Below are positions 23,199 through 35,384 of a stretch of DNA of 64,000 nucleotides, piece after piece; the first letter of the stretch is position 1, and every line of letters starts with the position of its first letter. The stretch spans positions 71,860,001 to 71,924,000 of the forward strand of contig CM059432.1 in NCBI GenBank assembly GCA_030390025.1, in the 5' to 3' direction. The translations under genes and the position numbers were made by a program. Origin of the DNA: Squalus acanthias. Lineage: Eukaryota. The notes under the pieces are model-generated. The model saw nothing but the letters and a program-made list of their open reading frames with translations, had not been told where the DNA came from and ran no database searches.

Positions 23199-25162
23199 CT
23201 ACTTTTTGCCCTTCGAGGGTGATCTCCTTCCCTTGTGCACTTCCCCCCTTCTAACCCTACTGCTCCTCCGTAATGGGACCTCAGTGGCTGCAGCAAGGCT
23301 GGTGGAAGGCTGCTGCTCGTCAGACCCTGACACTGCAGATGCCCCTGAAGGACGGCCTCGACCACTTCTGGGCCTGGAGGGCCCGGCTGCAGACTGCACC
23401 AACTCTGCATGGGCGGCAGCAGTCTGTCCTACAGGCGATGGCAAGTGCAGTGGAGAAGTGACAGTGTTGGCAGCAGGAATGCTGTCATCGTGAGAGAGGA
23501 CAGCAACTCCCTGCTCGCCCGACACACTGGCACTCCCACGGGGCAGCACTTCAGCATCCGGAGCAATTTGCCGGAGAACAGATTGCTGGCCTGCTGCGGC
23601 ACGGTGACAGCCCCGGGGACATGTGCACGAACCATCGAGGATGGCAGCAGTCAGTGCTCGCGTGGCCTCAATCTGAGTCTGCATGAGAGCAGTCTCAGAT
23701 GGGTTCCTGGCAGCCAGTGACTGAATTGCAGCACTAAGCTTTAGTGTGGCATCCGCCTGTGCTACAGCGAAGTGCTCCACACTCCTTGCCAGTGCCTCAA
23801 TGCATTCGGGCACCCTTCCCACTGCACCCATGAGCTCAGTGTGCATGCCCACCGCCTGGCTGTTCATTTCTGCAATCAGCCGCTCCTCCTCTGCGTCCAT
23901 TGCATTAGGAGTGTCTGGCATACTCTCCCTCTGGGGAGAAGGCTCCCGTTCTTCCCTACCCCCCCCATGGCGTTGCTGCAGCCCGCTGGGTCCTGGAGCT
24001 TCACCATCATCAGCCCCTTCCCCCCTGCTCCCCCGTTCTTCCCTCCCCCCCCAATGGCGTTGCTGCAGCCCGCTGGGTCCTGGAGCTTCACCATCATCAG
24101 CCCCTTCCCCCCTGCTCCCCTCCGGGGAAGGCGTGTTCCCAGTGTGGCCATGGGCTTCCTCGGGAGAGGGTGGCACTGATGCTGCGGCTTCCTCTTCCTC
24201 CTCAGCTGCAGCATCACTCCCAGTGGCAGCTTCAGGGACCATCTCCTCAGCTGGTGAATCACCATCTGAAAGCAGGGAGGTACAAGAGTGGCTTTAGCGT
24301 GAGGACAGGGTGGCAGTAAGGGAGGAATAAGTGCAGCGAGTTAGCAAGTTGGATTGAAAGTGTCAAAGGCTGGTATTGTGAGGGACAAGTGGAAGGACAG
24401 AGGACAAAAAGGTGATGACCTTACCATTGCTGTCCACAACGGGGTCGGCGTCCCCAGTGGCGACGGGACCGATCACCCGGCTTGCCACAATCCTGTGGAC
24501 GCGCTCCTCCAGATCGCTGAGGGGTTGCAGCTGAAGCCGCCCTCCACCCGTCCGTTGCTGCTGTCTCCGATTATGAGCCAGCTTAGCCTGCAAGAAAAAG
24601 GACAGCATCTGAGTAAATATACAGCCATGGTCTTGCCTGATGTGCCTCCCATAGGTGAATAGCCCTTACAATATGCAGCCATGGTCTTGCCTGATGTGCC
24701 TCCCATAGGTGAATAGCCCTTACAATATGCAGCCATGGTCTTGCCTGATGTGCCTCCCATAGGTGAATAGCCCTTACTGTATGCAAAGTGTGGAATGTGT
24801 GTGTGTGTTTGATGAAAGGGCCATAGGTGTTGCATGAGTGTTGTGCATTGGGGTTTTAAGACCCTCTGGCCATATAGTGAGGTTGAGATGGAGGGATGGA
24901 GAGGTATTGAGAAAAAGCCACTCACCCTGACAACCCGAGTGAGGTCGTTGAATTTTTTGCGGCACTGAACATGGGTCCTGGGCACCATGCTCCTGGAGGA
25001 GACGCTCTGAGCCACCTCCCTCCACACTCTTCTGAACTCGCGTGGCAAAGGCCTCCTGCCACTCTCCGGGAACAGCATGCATTGTCTGCGCTCCACTGCG
25101 CCAACCAGAGCATCCAAGGCCCGCTCGGTGAAGCGATGAGCGCGTTCTCTCACCCTCTCCAT
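23199..25162 (-). CDS. Harbinger Myb/SANT-like partner, 3 exons (25162-24926, 24587-24425, 24265-23199), 488 aa
   Basis: Same splice sites as H3; 1467 nt open; 29-aa internal duplication. Confidence 0.9.
24616..24785. repeat. 3 x 54-bp tandem repeat in Myb intron 1 (H4)
   Basis: Same units as H3, first at 24622. Confidence 0.95.
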
Positions 25163-25701
25163 GCTTGGCAGCAAAATGGATTACAGGCCTCTCCAGGCTG
25201 AGATTCAAGGCTGCAATGAGCAGGGTGTGGCTGGGGAGCAAGTGGCCCCCCCCCCCCGCTTTAAGAAGTGTCCGGCGCCAGTGCGTCTGTGTTCCCTCGC
25301 TAACTGGCAGCAGCTGCGCTGCGCTCGTGCGCTGAGGTAGCGCCTCACTCCTAGGCCTTTGCGCCTTAAGAGAGGTGTGCAGCGCCTAATTTAGCGCTCC
25401 ACTCACCTCCCGGGGCGGTAAAAGTGAAGTTTCCTGTCAGTGCCGATAATTAGCGCCAGGCGCTAATATTTGCGCGCGGACGATATTTGCGCCCCAAATG
25501 GGGCGCGACCTCATTTCTACCCCATAGTATCTTATATGGAAACTATGCTACAGATTTTCTGTTCAATTCTAAATAAAACAAAATAAAATCGCATGCAACA
25601 ATAAAACATTTTCTGATAGTATTGGAAAATGCAAAAAAAATCTTGTTACTTATAAATGTTATAGAAACTAAAATGTTATTATAGAGAAGTCTGTAAAACA
25701 T

Positions 25702-25907
25702 GAGCTGAGGCAGGGGCGGAGTCAGGCGATGTTACAGAGGTGGAAGTTAGCAGTCTTGGTGATGGAGCGGATATATGGTCAGACACTCATCTCGGTCAAA
25801 TATGACACCAATGTTGCGAACGGTCTGGTCCAGCCTCAGTCTGTTGACCGGGAGTGGGATGGAGTTGGTGGCTAGGGACCGGAGTTCGTGGCAGGGCCAA
25901 AGAAAAT
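25702..25907 (-). mobile_element. L2 LINE fragment
   Basis: Reverse complement resembles the L2 RT piece at ~45530-45629 and continues into FHLCNIA-type sequence. Confidence 0.7.
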
Positions 25908-26485
25908 GGGGGGAATTTTAACTCCAAAAAACAGGTGGGTAGGGATCGGGTAGGAGGTTAAAGTGTAAAAAAACTGAATCCCGACCCCAACCTGGCTCCA
26001 ACCTGCCCAACTCCGGTTTTAACAGAGGCGGGACTGGGTGGGCAGCCCCCCCCGCCGAGGTCTCCGATCCCCCCCCTCCATGAGGTCTCCGATTCCCCCC
26101 CACGAGTTCTCCAATTGTCTTCCCGGACTCTTTATTTCCCCTCCCTCCCCACCGATGATCCTCAGGCCGGCTTCGATGCCTCCCCCCTGCCGATACTCCA
26201 GTCCCGATGCTTCCCTCCCTCCCCCAACACCCCCCACCGATGCTTCCCTCCCCCGCAATGCTCCCCCCCCACCGATGCTTCCCCCTCCCCCCAATGCTTC
26301 CCCCTCCCCCCTATGCTTCCCTCCCCCCCGATGCTTCCCTCCCCCCCTCCGATCCTCTCTCCTTCCCCCCAGCGATGCTCCTCCAGCCCCCGACCCCCAC
26401 CCGATCCCTCCATCTGTCCTCTCCGCGGCCTAGTGCCGCAGGCCTACCCGCCCGCAGTCAGCCAGCCTCTCCATCCAAAGGTTTG
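25908..26485. mobile_element. Non-autonomous TIR-element fragment with C-rich minisatellite (~26050-26430, ccgatgcttccctcccc-like units)
   Basis: Starts GGGGGGAATTTTAAC; similar to the start of 40516-41253. Confidence 0.6.
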
Positions 26486-26489
26486 AAAT

Positions 26490-28070
26490 GCAAATCAGGC
26501 CCACACGGGTGGTCAAGGTGAGTGAAGGCTTCAGAAAATGCCACATACCACCACCTGCACCACAAGCCTCATACACTGCTCAATGGACCACACCCTCAGC
26601 ACTCACAAAGCAACAATCTCTACCTATCACCACTTACACCTCACAATCAGAGCTTTACTTCACCCTCACAACCTTACCGCTGCTGCAACACTCACACCCA
26701 CATCTCACACCTTGCACACACTGACAGCTATTCAACTATGGCAGGGACATCACCCAAACACATTGCACTAAATTCACTCAACACTTCTCTTTATCTTGCA
26801 GGCCAAGCTGGCTCATAATTGCCACAAGCAGCAACAAGCAGGGGCCTGGCGGACACGTAAGAACTAAGCCAGCTGGAGAAGCGAGTGCTTCAGATCATTG
26901 GGCGCCACGTTGCCAATGTCATGGTAACCAGCAAGGTTGAACCCCTTGGGGATGAAAACGGTATGTTCATTCCTAATCCTTCTTCTCACATCCCACTTCC
27001 CCCTCAGCCCACAATCTTTTCTCACTTTCAAGCTACTAATGCTGTATGCATGCATTTCTGGCTTCCCTTCCCCCCCCCCCCACACACTCCCCACTCCCCT
27101 CACTATAACCCAACTCTTGTGCTTTTCTGCTTTCAGATAATCATCAAGCACCCGAGCAGACTGTCCCCGAGGTCACCGCAGAAACCAAGAGGGAGAAGAA
27201 GAGGAGGAAGAAGATTCTGTGTCACTGCATCTCTCACGCGCAGACACCAGTTCAGAAACTGGCACTGCGTGTACTTTAGAGGCTAGTGTAGAAGTGGGAT
27301 CGGCACAAGGTCAGGCATTGGGCATGAGTGGGCTGCAGCAAGGCCAGGAGGAAAGGGTAGCTCGCGGGCCAGCTCCCCGGAGGGCAAGTTCATGCATGAG
27401 TTCTGCTGCACAGGACTCGGATGAGGACCTCAATGGGGGGCCTTCAGAAGAAGGGTGATGGGCATGCACACAGAATTGATGAGTGCAATGGCAAGGGTGC
27501 CCGAGAGCCCCTCGGCAATGTCAAGGAGCGTTGAGGAGTCCGTCTCCAACATTGCACGGGGCTCTGCGCAGAGCATGGAGCCCAGGATTTCCAGCCTAGA
27601 AATTATGGTACACTCCCAGAGAGACCGTGCCGACCCAGACGTGCTGGTGCGCATGATGGACAATGTCGCAGTTTCCAATGCCGCACAGGCGGAAGCAACC
27701 CAGCGTCTTAGTGCTGCAGCGGAAGCTCAGACTGCTCTCATGCAGTCACAGCTTGATGCCACCCAAGCTCTGACAGCTGCCATAGTGGCTGGGTTTACCA
27801 CCGTCGACTGGGGCTTGCAAGGCGTCACAGCAGGCCATCAATCTGTGCTCCAACAGATTGCTAGGAATGCTGAGGTGCGGCCCTGTGGGAGTGGCAGTGG
27901 GTCAGTGAAGCAGGACCCTGCTGTCCTCTCTCAAGATGACAGTATTCCTGTTTCCACTCTGCCATTGCCCTTGCCACTGCCTGTCAGCCAGCCAGACAAG
28001 ACTGCTGCCACCCATGCCAAGGTGGTGCAGTGTACAGCCAGGCCTTCTAGGTCCAGAGCTGCTCGAGGTA
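26490..28070 (+). pseudogene. H5 Myb partner remnant (end of exon 1 to most of exon 3)
   Basis: TRVVK|gtgagt, ttgcag|AKLAHN, gtatgt...tttcag, MHTELMSAMARVPES. Confidence 0.87.
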
Positions 28071-28244
28071 ATAGTATTAATGTAAATATGTGTGATTTAA
28101 TTGTTAAAAAACTTATTTATTTGGTTTGGACTCTTTAGTGGTGTCTCTCATTTCAGCTTTGTGCCCATGAGGGCGCTGTGATATTCTGTGAGACAGGGAT
28201 GGTATGATGGGGATGTGATGTGCAACAGGGATCTGGGGTTTCAT

Positions 28245-29445
28245 TCATTCGAATCAGAGTCTGATGAGCCGCTCACGGACAGCCCGTCCAGATGGACAAT
28301 TGGCTACCTGCCTCCTTCCTCCCTCCTCTTCCTCTTGTTCCTCATCCTCATCCTCTTCCTCCTCCTCCTCCTCCTCCTCCTCCTCTTCCTCCTCCTCCTC
28401 CTCTCCCTCATCCTCCTCCTGAGGTGGTCCTGCAATCCCTGGTGGCAAGGGCTGTGCCCTCATGATGGCCAAGTTGTGGAGCATGCAGCAGACCACCACA
28501 AAATGAGACACCTGTTCCGCCGAGTACTGGAGAGCTCCTCTCGTGCGGGCAAGGCAGCGGAACCATTGCTTCAGTAGCCTGATGACCTGCTCAATGATGT
28601 TCCTGGTGGAAGCATGGCTCCCATTATATGAGTGCTGGGCACAGGTGTTGGGGTTGTGGAGGGGTGTCATGAGTCAGGTGCAGAGCGGATAGCCCCTTGT
28701 CTCTGAACAGCCACCCTCAAGTTTGCAGTTGCAGCTGGAAGATTGCTGGCACACTGGACTGGCACAGGATGAAGGCATCATAGCTACTGCCAGGATAATA
28801 GGCATTGACATTGAGGATTCGCTGTGCGTGGTCGCACACCAACTGCACATTAAGTGAGTGGTAGCCTTTGCGGTTACGGAAGATGTCAGGATTGTTATGC
28901 AGCACCCGCAAAGCCATGTGTGTGCAGTTGATGGTGCCCTGCACCATGGGGAAGCCCACTATCCTGGCAAAACCACATGCGCACTCGTCCTGCTTCTCTC
29001 TGGTGAGAAAGAAGCCACTGTAGTCCCTTCTCCTAGTGTAGAGAGCCTCAGTGACCTCCCGGCTGCAGTGATGGATGGTGAATTGTGAGATGTTAGCTCC
29101 TGCTGCAGACTGGAAAGATCCGCTGGTGAAGAAATTCAGGACCTTGACTGCCACTGGGAGAGCCATGGTTGCCCTGCTCTGAGGCTACAGGTCTGGTTGC
29201 AGGAGGTGGCAGAGTTCTGTGACCACCTCCTTGGTGAAGCATAGACACCTAAGACACTGCTCCTTGCTTAATTGGAGGTAGGAGAAGTGCTGTTGGAAGC
29301 CCCTAGTTGGGTAAGGCCTGCTGTAGAGAGCACTCATGGCCTTCTTCCTCCTCCCTCTGTGCACATGTTCCTGTCTTCCTCGCTGCCTGCGCTTCCTCTG
29401 CCGTAGATCCTGGAGGGCAAGGTTGTCTGCCAGTGCAGCCCCCAT
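28245..29445 (-). pseudogene. H5 transposase, frameshifted
   Basis: GTINCTHMAL, NRKGYHSLNVQLVCD, CCMLHNLAIMR, long poly-Glu, RAVRERLIRL. Confidence 0.92.
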
Positions 29446-30245
29446 GACTGTGAGCAAGTGTTGTGAGCAGAAGCCTTTAAATAAGAATGAAGGATTCTGC
29501 ACTTGCAACAACATTCCCTGTTACCGTAGAACCTTGAACGAAGTAAAGAAAGCTGCTGGAGTTGCAGAAAGTAGCACAGAGCCAGTCAAACTGCATAACC
29601 ACGTCAGGTACAACTGATTGCTAATGATCCCTTTAAATATCGTTGCTGGAACCTCCTTTCTGCTGTTGAATGCTTGCTCTCCCTGTCGTCATTTAGCCAT
29701 ACCGTTAAGTTGAACAGCGAAATCAAATGCTGCAGATCAGGTGTCAAGTGAGCATTGCACACTCACTGACGTCACGATCCCATTGGTTGAAATCCCTCCA
29801 GTGATCACATTTACCGGCAGCGCTACCAGTCCATACAAAATGGCGGGCACCACAGGTTCTGCCACCAGCTGGCGGAAGTGCGCCAGCCGCCATTTTTTTT
29901 ACATTTCATGGCGCAAACCACCTGAATTTTTAGCCCTGTGTATCTTGCACTTATATCACATTTGTAATATATAATGGATTTGTGGTAGCAATGTATTTTC
30001 AGTATAAAAATGCATAATTTTCCAAACTGTGCAAATAAATACCTTGTGAGACCTCTGTGGAGTTTCTTTTCAATTCACCAAGGTATTTCTTTGCAAATCT
30101 AATGTATCTCTTTCTCTGTCTGTTATTTTCAAAACAATGTTCACCTGTGACTCTCAAAAATAGAACAGAATGAGTCATGCCTTTTTTTTCCATGTCTTAA
30201 AGTAACCAGAGTGTAACTGAAGAGTGGAGCTCTACAGATTATTAT

Positions 30246-30362
30246 GGGGTAATTTTAACCTAACTGCCTGGCCATTTCAATGGAAAATACAATTGGGCAA
30301 GGTGTAAAACAGGCTCGGATTTTGTCAGTTTCCTGTCGGGTGGGTTAGGTTGAAATTACCAC
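30246..30362. mobile_element. Small hairpin MITE (~117 bp)
   Basis: GGGGTAATTTTAACCTAAC ... GTTAGGTTGAAATTACCAC imperfect 19-bp inverted ends. Confidence 0.6.
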
Positions 30363-31444
30363 ACAGTCTTGCCAGATCTTAATGCCCATCTGAAACTTGA
30401 ATCTTGCTCCACATTTATATTTAATGTCGCCAGACAGTTTTCAGGCAGGCTTGGCCGCTGACACAGTCTGCCTCAAAGCCTCCTCTGCAGGGAATGGATG
30501 TTGAGAGTCATGGAAAATTAGCATGCAAAATATAATCTGATATTTTTTATGAAAATGAAGATAAAAATGATACATTTCTAAATCAACATTTTTACTGTAT
30601 TGAAAAAGAATTGCATGCTGATACAATTGGCAATGCAAAGATGTAATTGATTTGATCATGTTAATTGCACTGTCCATTGTATAAACATGGTAAACTGACA
30701 TCATCTCTAAGACAATTTGCACCATTTCTTCCAGCTTGAAGGAGTCTGGTCCTTGTTGTTGACTGATTCATGCAACTACCATTATTTGATGTAATGGCAA
30801 CAAGAGAAAGCAATGAGGCACTATGTAGCAATTGGCAGAAATAAAAAATATTTTTTCACTGGCAATGATAGACTATCTAAGTAGTCTAAATATGGCCATT
30901 TTGTTGGTTGGTCATAAATACTTGATTTTATAAGGGCAATGAGAATGAAACATGGCAGTATATTAGATTCAAAACAATGAATGTTGGGATAATTAGAAGC
31001 AGTATTATGATTCCAGTCCTCACTAGTTGGAAACAAGAGTAAAAATATTCGAAATGATGTATGAAGTTGCTTGATTGTAAGGCTGGAGTCTACAGTTAGG
31101 TTAGGTAGTGGTGCAGGTCTGGTTAGTGCTCAGGGACAGGAGGGTGTGACTGCAACTCAGGCAGGTAAGGGGACCCCAGGTGCAGTCTGTACAGAGCGGG
31201 ATTAAACGGAGTGGACTTGAACAGAGTGCTTTATTTGGGAATTTGGAAAGAGTGGGAATTCGGAGAAGAGGGGGAAGGAGTTGCTGCTTTTTGCCTACAC
31301 TACTTGTAGTGCTTTGTGTTACAGGTTGATATTTAATTTCAGTACCCTTAACTTAATCTAGATCAAGTAAGTAGTCAAGAAACTACACTGTAATCTAAGT
31401 TACCTAAATACAAATTTAATTAAATTAAACAAGGTCATATAGGG

Positions 31445-32403
31445 ATGGCAGTGCAGGTGGTGTGCCGCAACTGCAGCATGTGGGAGTTTGTGGAGAGCAT
31501 TGTGATGCCGGGCAACCACGTTTGCAGTAAGTGCCTGCGTCTTGAGGAACTTCAGCTCAGAGTTTTTGAGCCAGAGTCTGAGGTGCAGACATTGCAGGGC
31601 ATCAGGGATGGGGAGAGTTACCTGGATACTTTGAACAAGGAGGCAGTCACACCCCCTAGGTTAGGTAGTGGTACAGGTCTGGTTAGTAGTCAGGGACAGG
31701 AGGGTGTGACTGCAACTTAGGCAGGTAAGGGGACCCCAGGTGCAATGCTGGAGGAGCCTCAGCCTTTGCCCTTGTCCAACAGGTATGAGGTTCTTGCTGC
31801 CTGTGTGGATGAGGGAAAAACTTCAGGATGGATGAGCAAGCTGACCATGGCACCATGGTGCAGGAGACCATTCAAGTGGGGGGAGTGAAAGGGAATGTAG
31901 TTGTGGTAGGGGACAGTATAGTCAGGGGGATAGATACTGTTCTCTGCAGCCGCGACCGAGGGTTCAAAAGGTTGTGTTGCCTGCCCGGTGCCAGGGTTAA
32001 AGATATCTCCTCATGGCTGGAGAAGAACTTGGAGTGGGAGTGGGAGGATCTAGTTGTTGTGGTTCACGTAGGAACCAATGACATAGGTAGAACTAGGAAT
32101 GAGGTTCTGCTGAGGGAGTTTGAAGAGCTAGAATCCAAATTAAAAAGCAGAACCTCAAAGCTAATAATTTCTGGATTGTTACATGAGCCACGCGCAAATT
32201 GGCATAGGGACAAAAAGATTAGAGGTTTAAATGCGTGGCTCAAAGAGTGGTGTGGGAGGAAAGGGTTTTAGTTTGTGGGGCACTGGCACTAGTACTGGGG
32301 GAAGAGGGAGCTGTTCCATTGGGATGGGCTCCACTTAAACCAGGCTGGGACCAGTGTCCTGGTGAACTGAATAACTAGGGCAGTAAACAGGGCTTTAAAC
32401 TAA
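31445..32403 (+). pseudogene. CR1 ORF1 (zinc finger/leucine zipper + SGNH esterase), stops and frameshift
   Basis: MAVQVVCRNC...CSKC, GDSIVRG, LPGARVKD, HVGTND, DGLHLN. Confidence 0.9.
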
Positions 32404-35384
32404 TGAAGGGGGCGTGGGAGGATTCAGGAAAGAGTAAATTTAAAAGCAGCGAGAGAAATGTCAAAGCTCTAGAGCAAAGTAGAGTTTTGGGTAAAAATAA
32501 GCAGAGTGGGTCAGGAAGGGACAGAGAGAGTAACAAAGGTAATAAGGCATCAGTGACTAAAGTGACGTCAGGGAAAAAGAGAAATAAGTCAAAGCTAAAG
32601 GCACTATATCTGAATGCGCAAAGCATTCGCAACAAAATAGATAAATTAATAGTGCAGATAGAAATTAACATGTTTGATCTAATAGCCATAACGGAGACAT
32701 GGTTGCAAAGTGGCCAAGGTTGGAAAATAAATATTCCAGGATACTTAACTTTTAGAAGAGAAAGACAAAATGGAAAAGGAGGAGGCGCAGCCCTGATAAT
32801 AAATGATGAGAAAAAGACAGTAGAAAGAAAGGATCTTAGCTCCGAAAATCAAGAAGTAGAATCAGTTTGAGTGGAGCTGAGAAACAGCAAGGGGCAGAAA
32901 ACATTGGTGGGAGTTGTTTATAGGCCCCCAAACAATAGTTTTAACGTAGGCCAGAATATAAATCAGGAAATTAGAGGCGCATGTAACAAGCGTAATACAG
33001 TAATCATGGGGGACTTTAATCTAAATATAGACTGGGCAAACCAAATTTGCAGTAATAGTGTGGAAGACGAATTCATGGAATGTATGCAAGATAGTTTTCC
33101 AGATCAGTATGTTGAGGAACCAACTAGGGAACAGGCTATTTTAGATTTAGTATTGTGCAATGAGAAAGGGTTAATTAATAACCTTGTAGTAAAGGGAAGA
33201 GTGACTATAATGTGATACAATTTTATATTGAGTTTGAAAGTGATTTAGTTCAATCCAAAACTAGGGTCCGAAATCTAAACAAAGCAAATGATGTAGGTAT
33301 GAGGGGCGAGTTGGCTCAGGTAGATTGGGAAACTACATTAAAAGGTGTGATGGTAGACAAGCAACGGCTAGCATTTAAAGAATTAATCCATGATTTACAA
33401 TAAATATACATTCCTTTAAGGCACAAAAACCCCACAGGAAAAATGGTCCAACCATGGCTAACAAGAGAAGTTAAAGATAGTATTAGATTAAAGGAAGAGG
33501 CTTATAATGTTGCCAAAAAGAGTAGTAAGCCTAAGGATTGGGAGGATTTTAGAATTCAGCAAAGGAAGACCAAGAAATTGATCAAGTAAGGGAAAATAGA
33601 ATATGAGAGTAAACTAGCAAGAGACATAAAAACAGACTGTAAAAGCTTTTATAGGTATGTAAAAAGGAAAAGATTAGCGAAAGTAATTGTGGGTCCCTTA
33701 GCGGCTGAGACAGGAGAAATTATAATGAGGAATAAGGAAATGGCAGAGAAATTAAACAAATACTTTGTGTCTGTCTTCACGGAAGAAAACGCAAAAAACT
33801 TCCCGGAAATAGTGGAGAGCCAAAGGTCTAGCGAGAATGAGGAACTGAAAGAAATTAGTATTAGTTAAAAAAAAGTGGAGAAATTAATGGGACTGAAAGC
33901 TAATAAATCCCCTGGACCTGATGGCTTACATCCTAGGGTTTTGAAAGAGGCGGATGGAGAGATAGTGGATGCATTGGTTCTCATTTTCTAAAGTTCCATA
34001 GATTCTAGAATGGTTCCCGCGGATTGGAAGGTAGCTAATGTACCCCACTATTTAAGAAAGGAGGGAGAGAGAAAACGGAGAACTACAGACCAGTTTGCCT
34101 GACATCAATAGTAAGGAAAATACCAGAATGTATTATTAAGGACGTGGTAACAGGGCACGTAGAAAATCATAATAGGATTGGGCAGTCAACATGGATTTAT
34201 GAAAGGGAAATCATGTTTGACAAATCTGTTTTTTGAGGTTGTAACTAGCAGAATGGATAAGGGGGAACCAGTGAATGTGGTGTATTTGGATTTTCAGAAG
34301 GCATTCGATAAGGTGCCACACAAGAGGTTATTAAATAAAATTAGGGCTCATGGAATTGGGGGTAATATACTAGCATGGATTGAGGATTGGTTAACGGACA
34401 AAAAACAGAGAGTAGGAATAAACGGGTCATTTTCGGGTTGGCAGGCTGTAACTAGTGGGGTACCGCAAGGATCAGTGCTTGGGCCTCAGCTATTCACACT
34501 ATCTACATCAATGATTTGGCTGAGGGGACCAAATGTAATATATCCAAGTTTGCTGATGATACAAAGCTGGGTGGGAATATAAGTTGTGAGGAGGATGCAA
34601 GGAGGCTTCAAGGGAATATAGACAGGCTAAGTGAGTGTTCAAGAACATGGCAAATGGAATATAATGTGGAGAAATGTGAAGTTATCCACTTTGGTAGGAA
34701 AAATAGAAAAGCAGAATATTTTTTAAATGTTGAGAGATTGGGAAAAGTTGGTGTTCAGAGGGACCTGGGTGTCCTTGTGCATGAATCACTGAAAGTTAAC
34801 ATGCAAATATAGCAAGCAATTAGGAAAGCAAATGGTATGTTGGCCTTTATTACAATCTGATTTGAGTATAAGAATAAAGACATCTTACTGCAATTATATA
34901 GGGCCCTGGTGAGACCACACCTGGAGTATTGTGTACAGTTTTGGTCTCCTTACCTAAGGAAGGATATACTTGCCATAGAGGGAGTGCCACAAAGGTTCAC
35001 GAGACTGATTCCTGGGATGGGGGGATTGCCCTATGAGGAGAGATTGAGTAGACTAGGCCTATATTCTCTAGAGTTTAGAAGAATGAAAGGTGATCTCATT
35101 GAAACATACAAAATTCTTACAGGGCTTGACAGGGTAGATGCAGGGAGGATGTTTCCCTGGCTGGGGAGTCTAGAACCAGGGGTCACAGTCTCAGAATAAG
35201 GGGTCGGCCATTTTGGACTGAGATAAGAAATTTCTTCACTCGGAGTGTTGTAAATCTTTGGAATTCTCTACTCCAGAGGGCTGTGGAGGCTCAATCGTTG
35301 AGTATATTCAAGACAGAGATCGATAGATTTTTGAATATTAATTGAATCAAGGGATATAGGGATAGTGCAGGAAAGTGGAGATGA
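32403..35384 (+). pseudogene. CR1 ORF2 (APE + RT), disrupted
   Basis: YLNAQSIRNK, ITETW, YRPP, MGDFN, YLDFQKAFDKVPH, GVPQGSVLGP, FADDTK. Confidence 0.93.

Larger units (their letters stand above)
21233..25523 (+). mobile_element. Intact PIF/Harbinger transposon H4 (4291 bp)
   Basis: Same ends as H3 (GGGGTAAAAATT / CATTTCTACCCC), ATA on both flanks (21230-32, 25524-26), different flanking DNA from H3. Confidence 0.96.
26490..29936 (-). mobile_element. Harbinger copy H5, degraded (strand = transposase)
   Basis: Myb remnant (+) 26490-28070, transposase (-), terminus AATTTTTAGCCC at 29925-29936. Confidence 0.9.

Noticed and set aside
14973..25523. H3/H4 as an assembly duplicate or segmental tandem duplication
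   Set aside because: Similarity stops exactly at the TIRs, flanks differ, and the copies differ by many substitutions and an 87-bp indel
26019..26521. Pro- or Gly-rich ORFs
   Set aside because: Translations of the C-rich minisatellite
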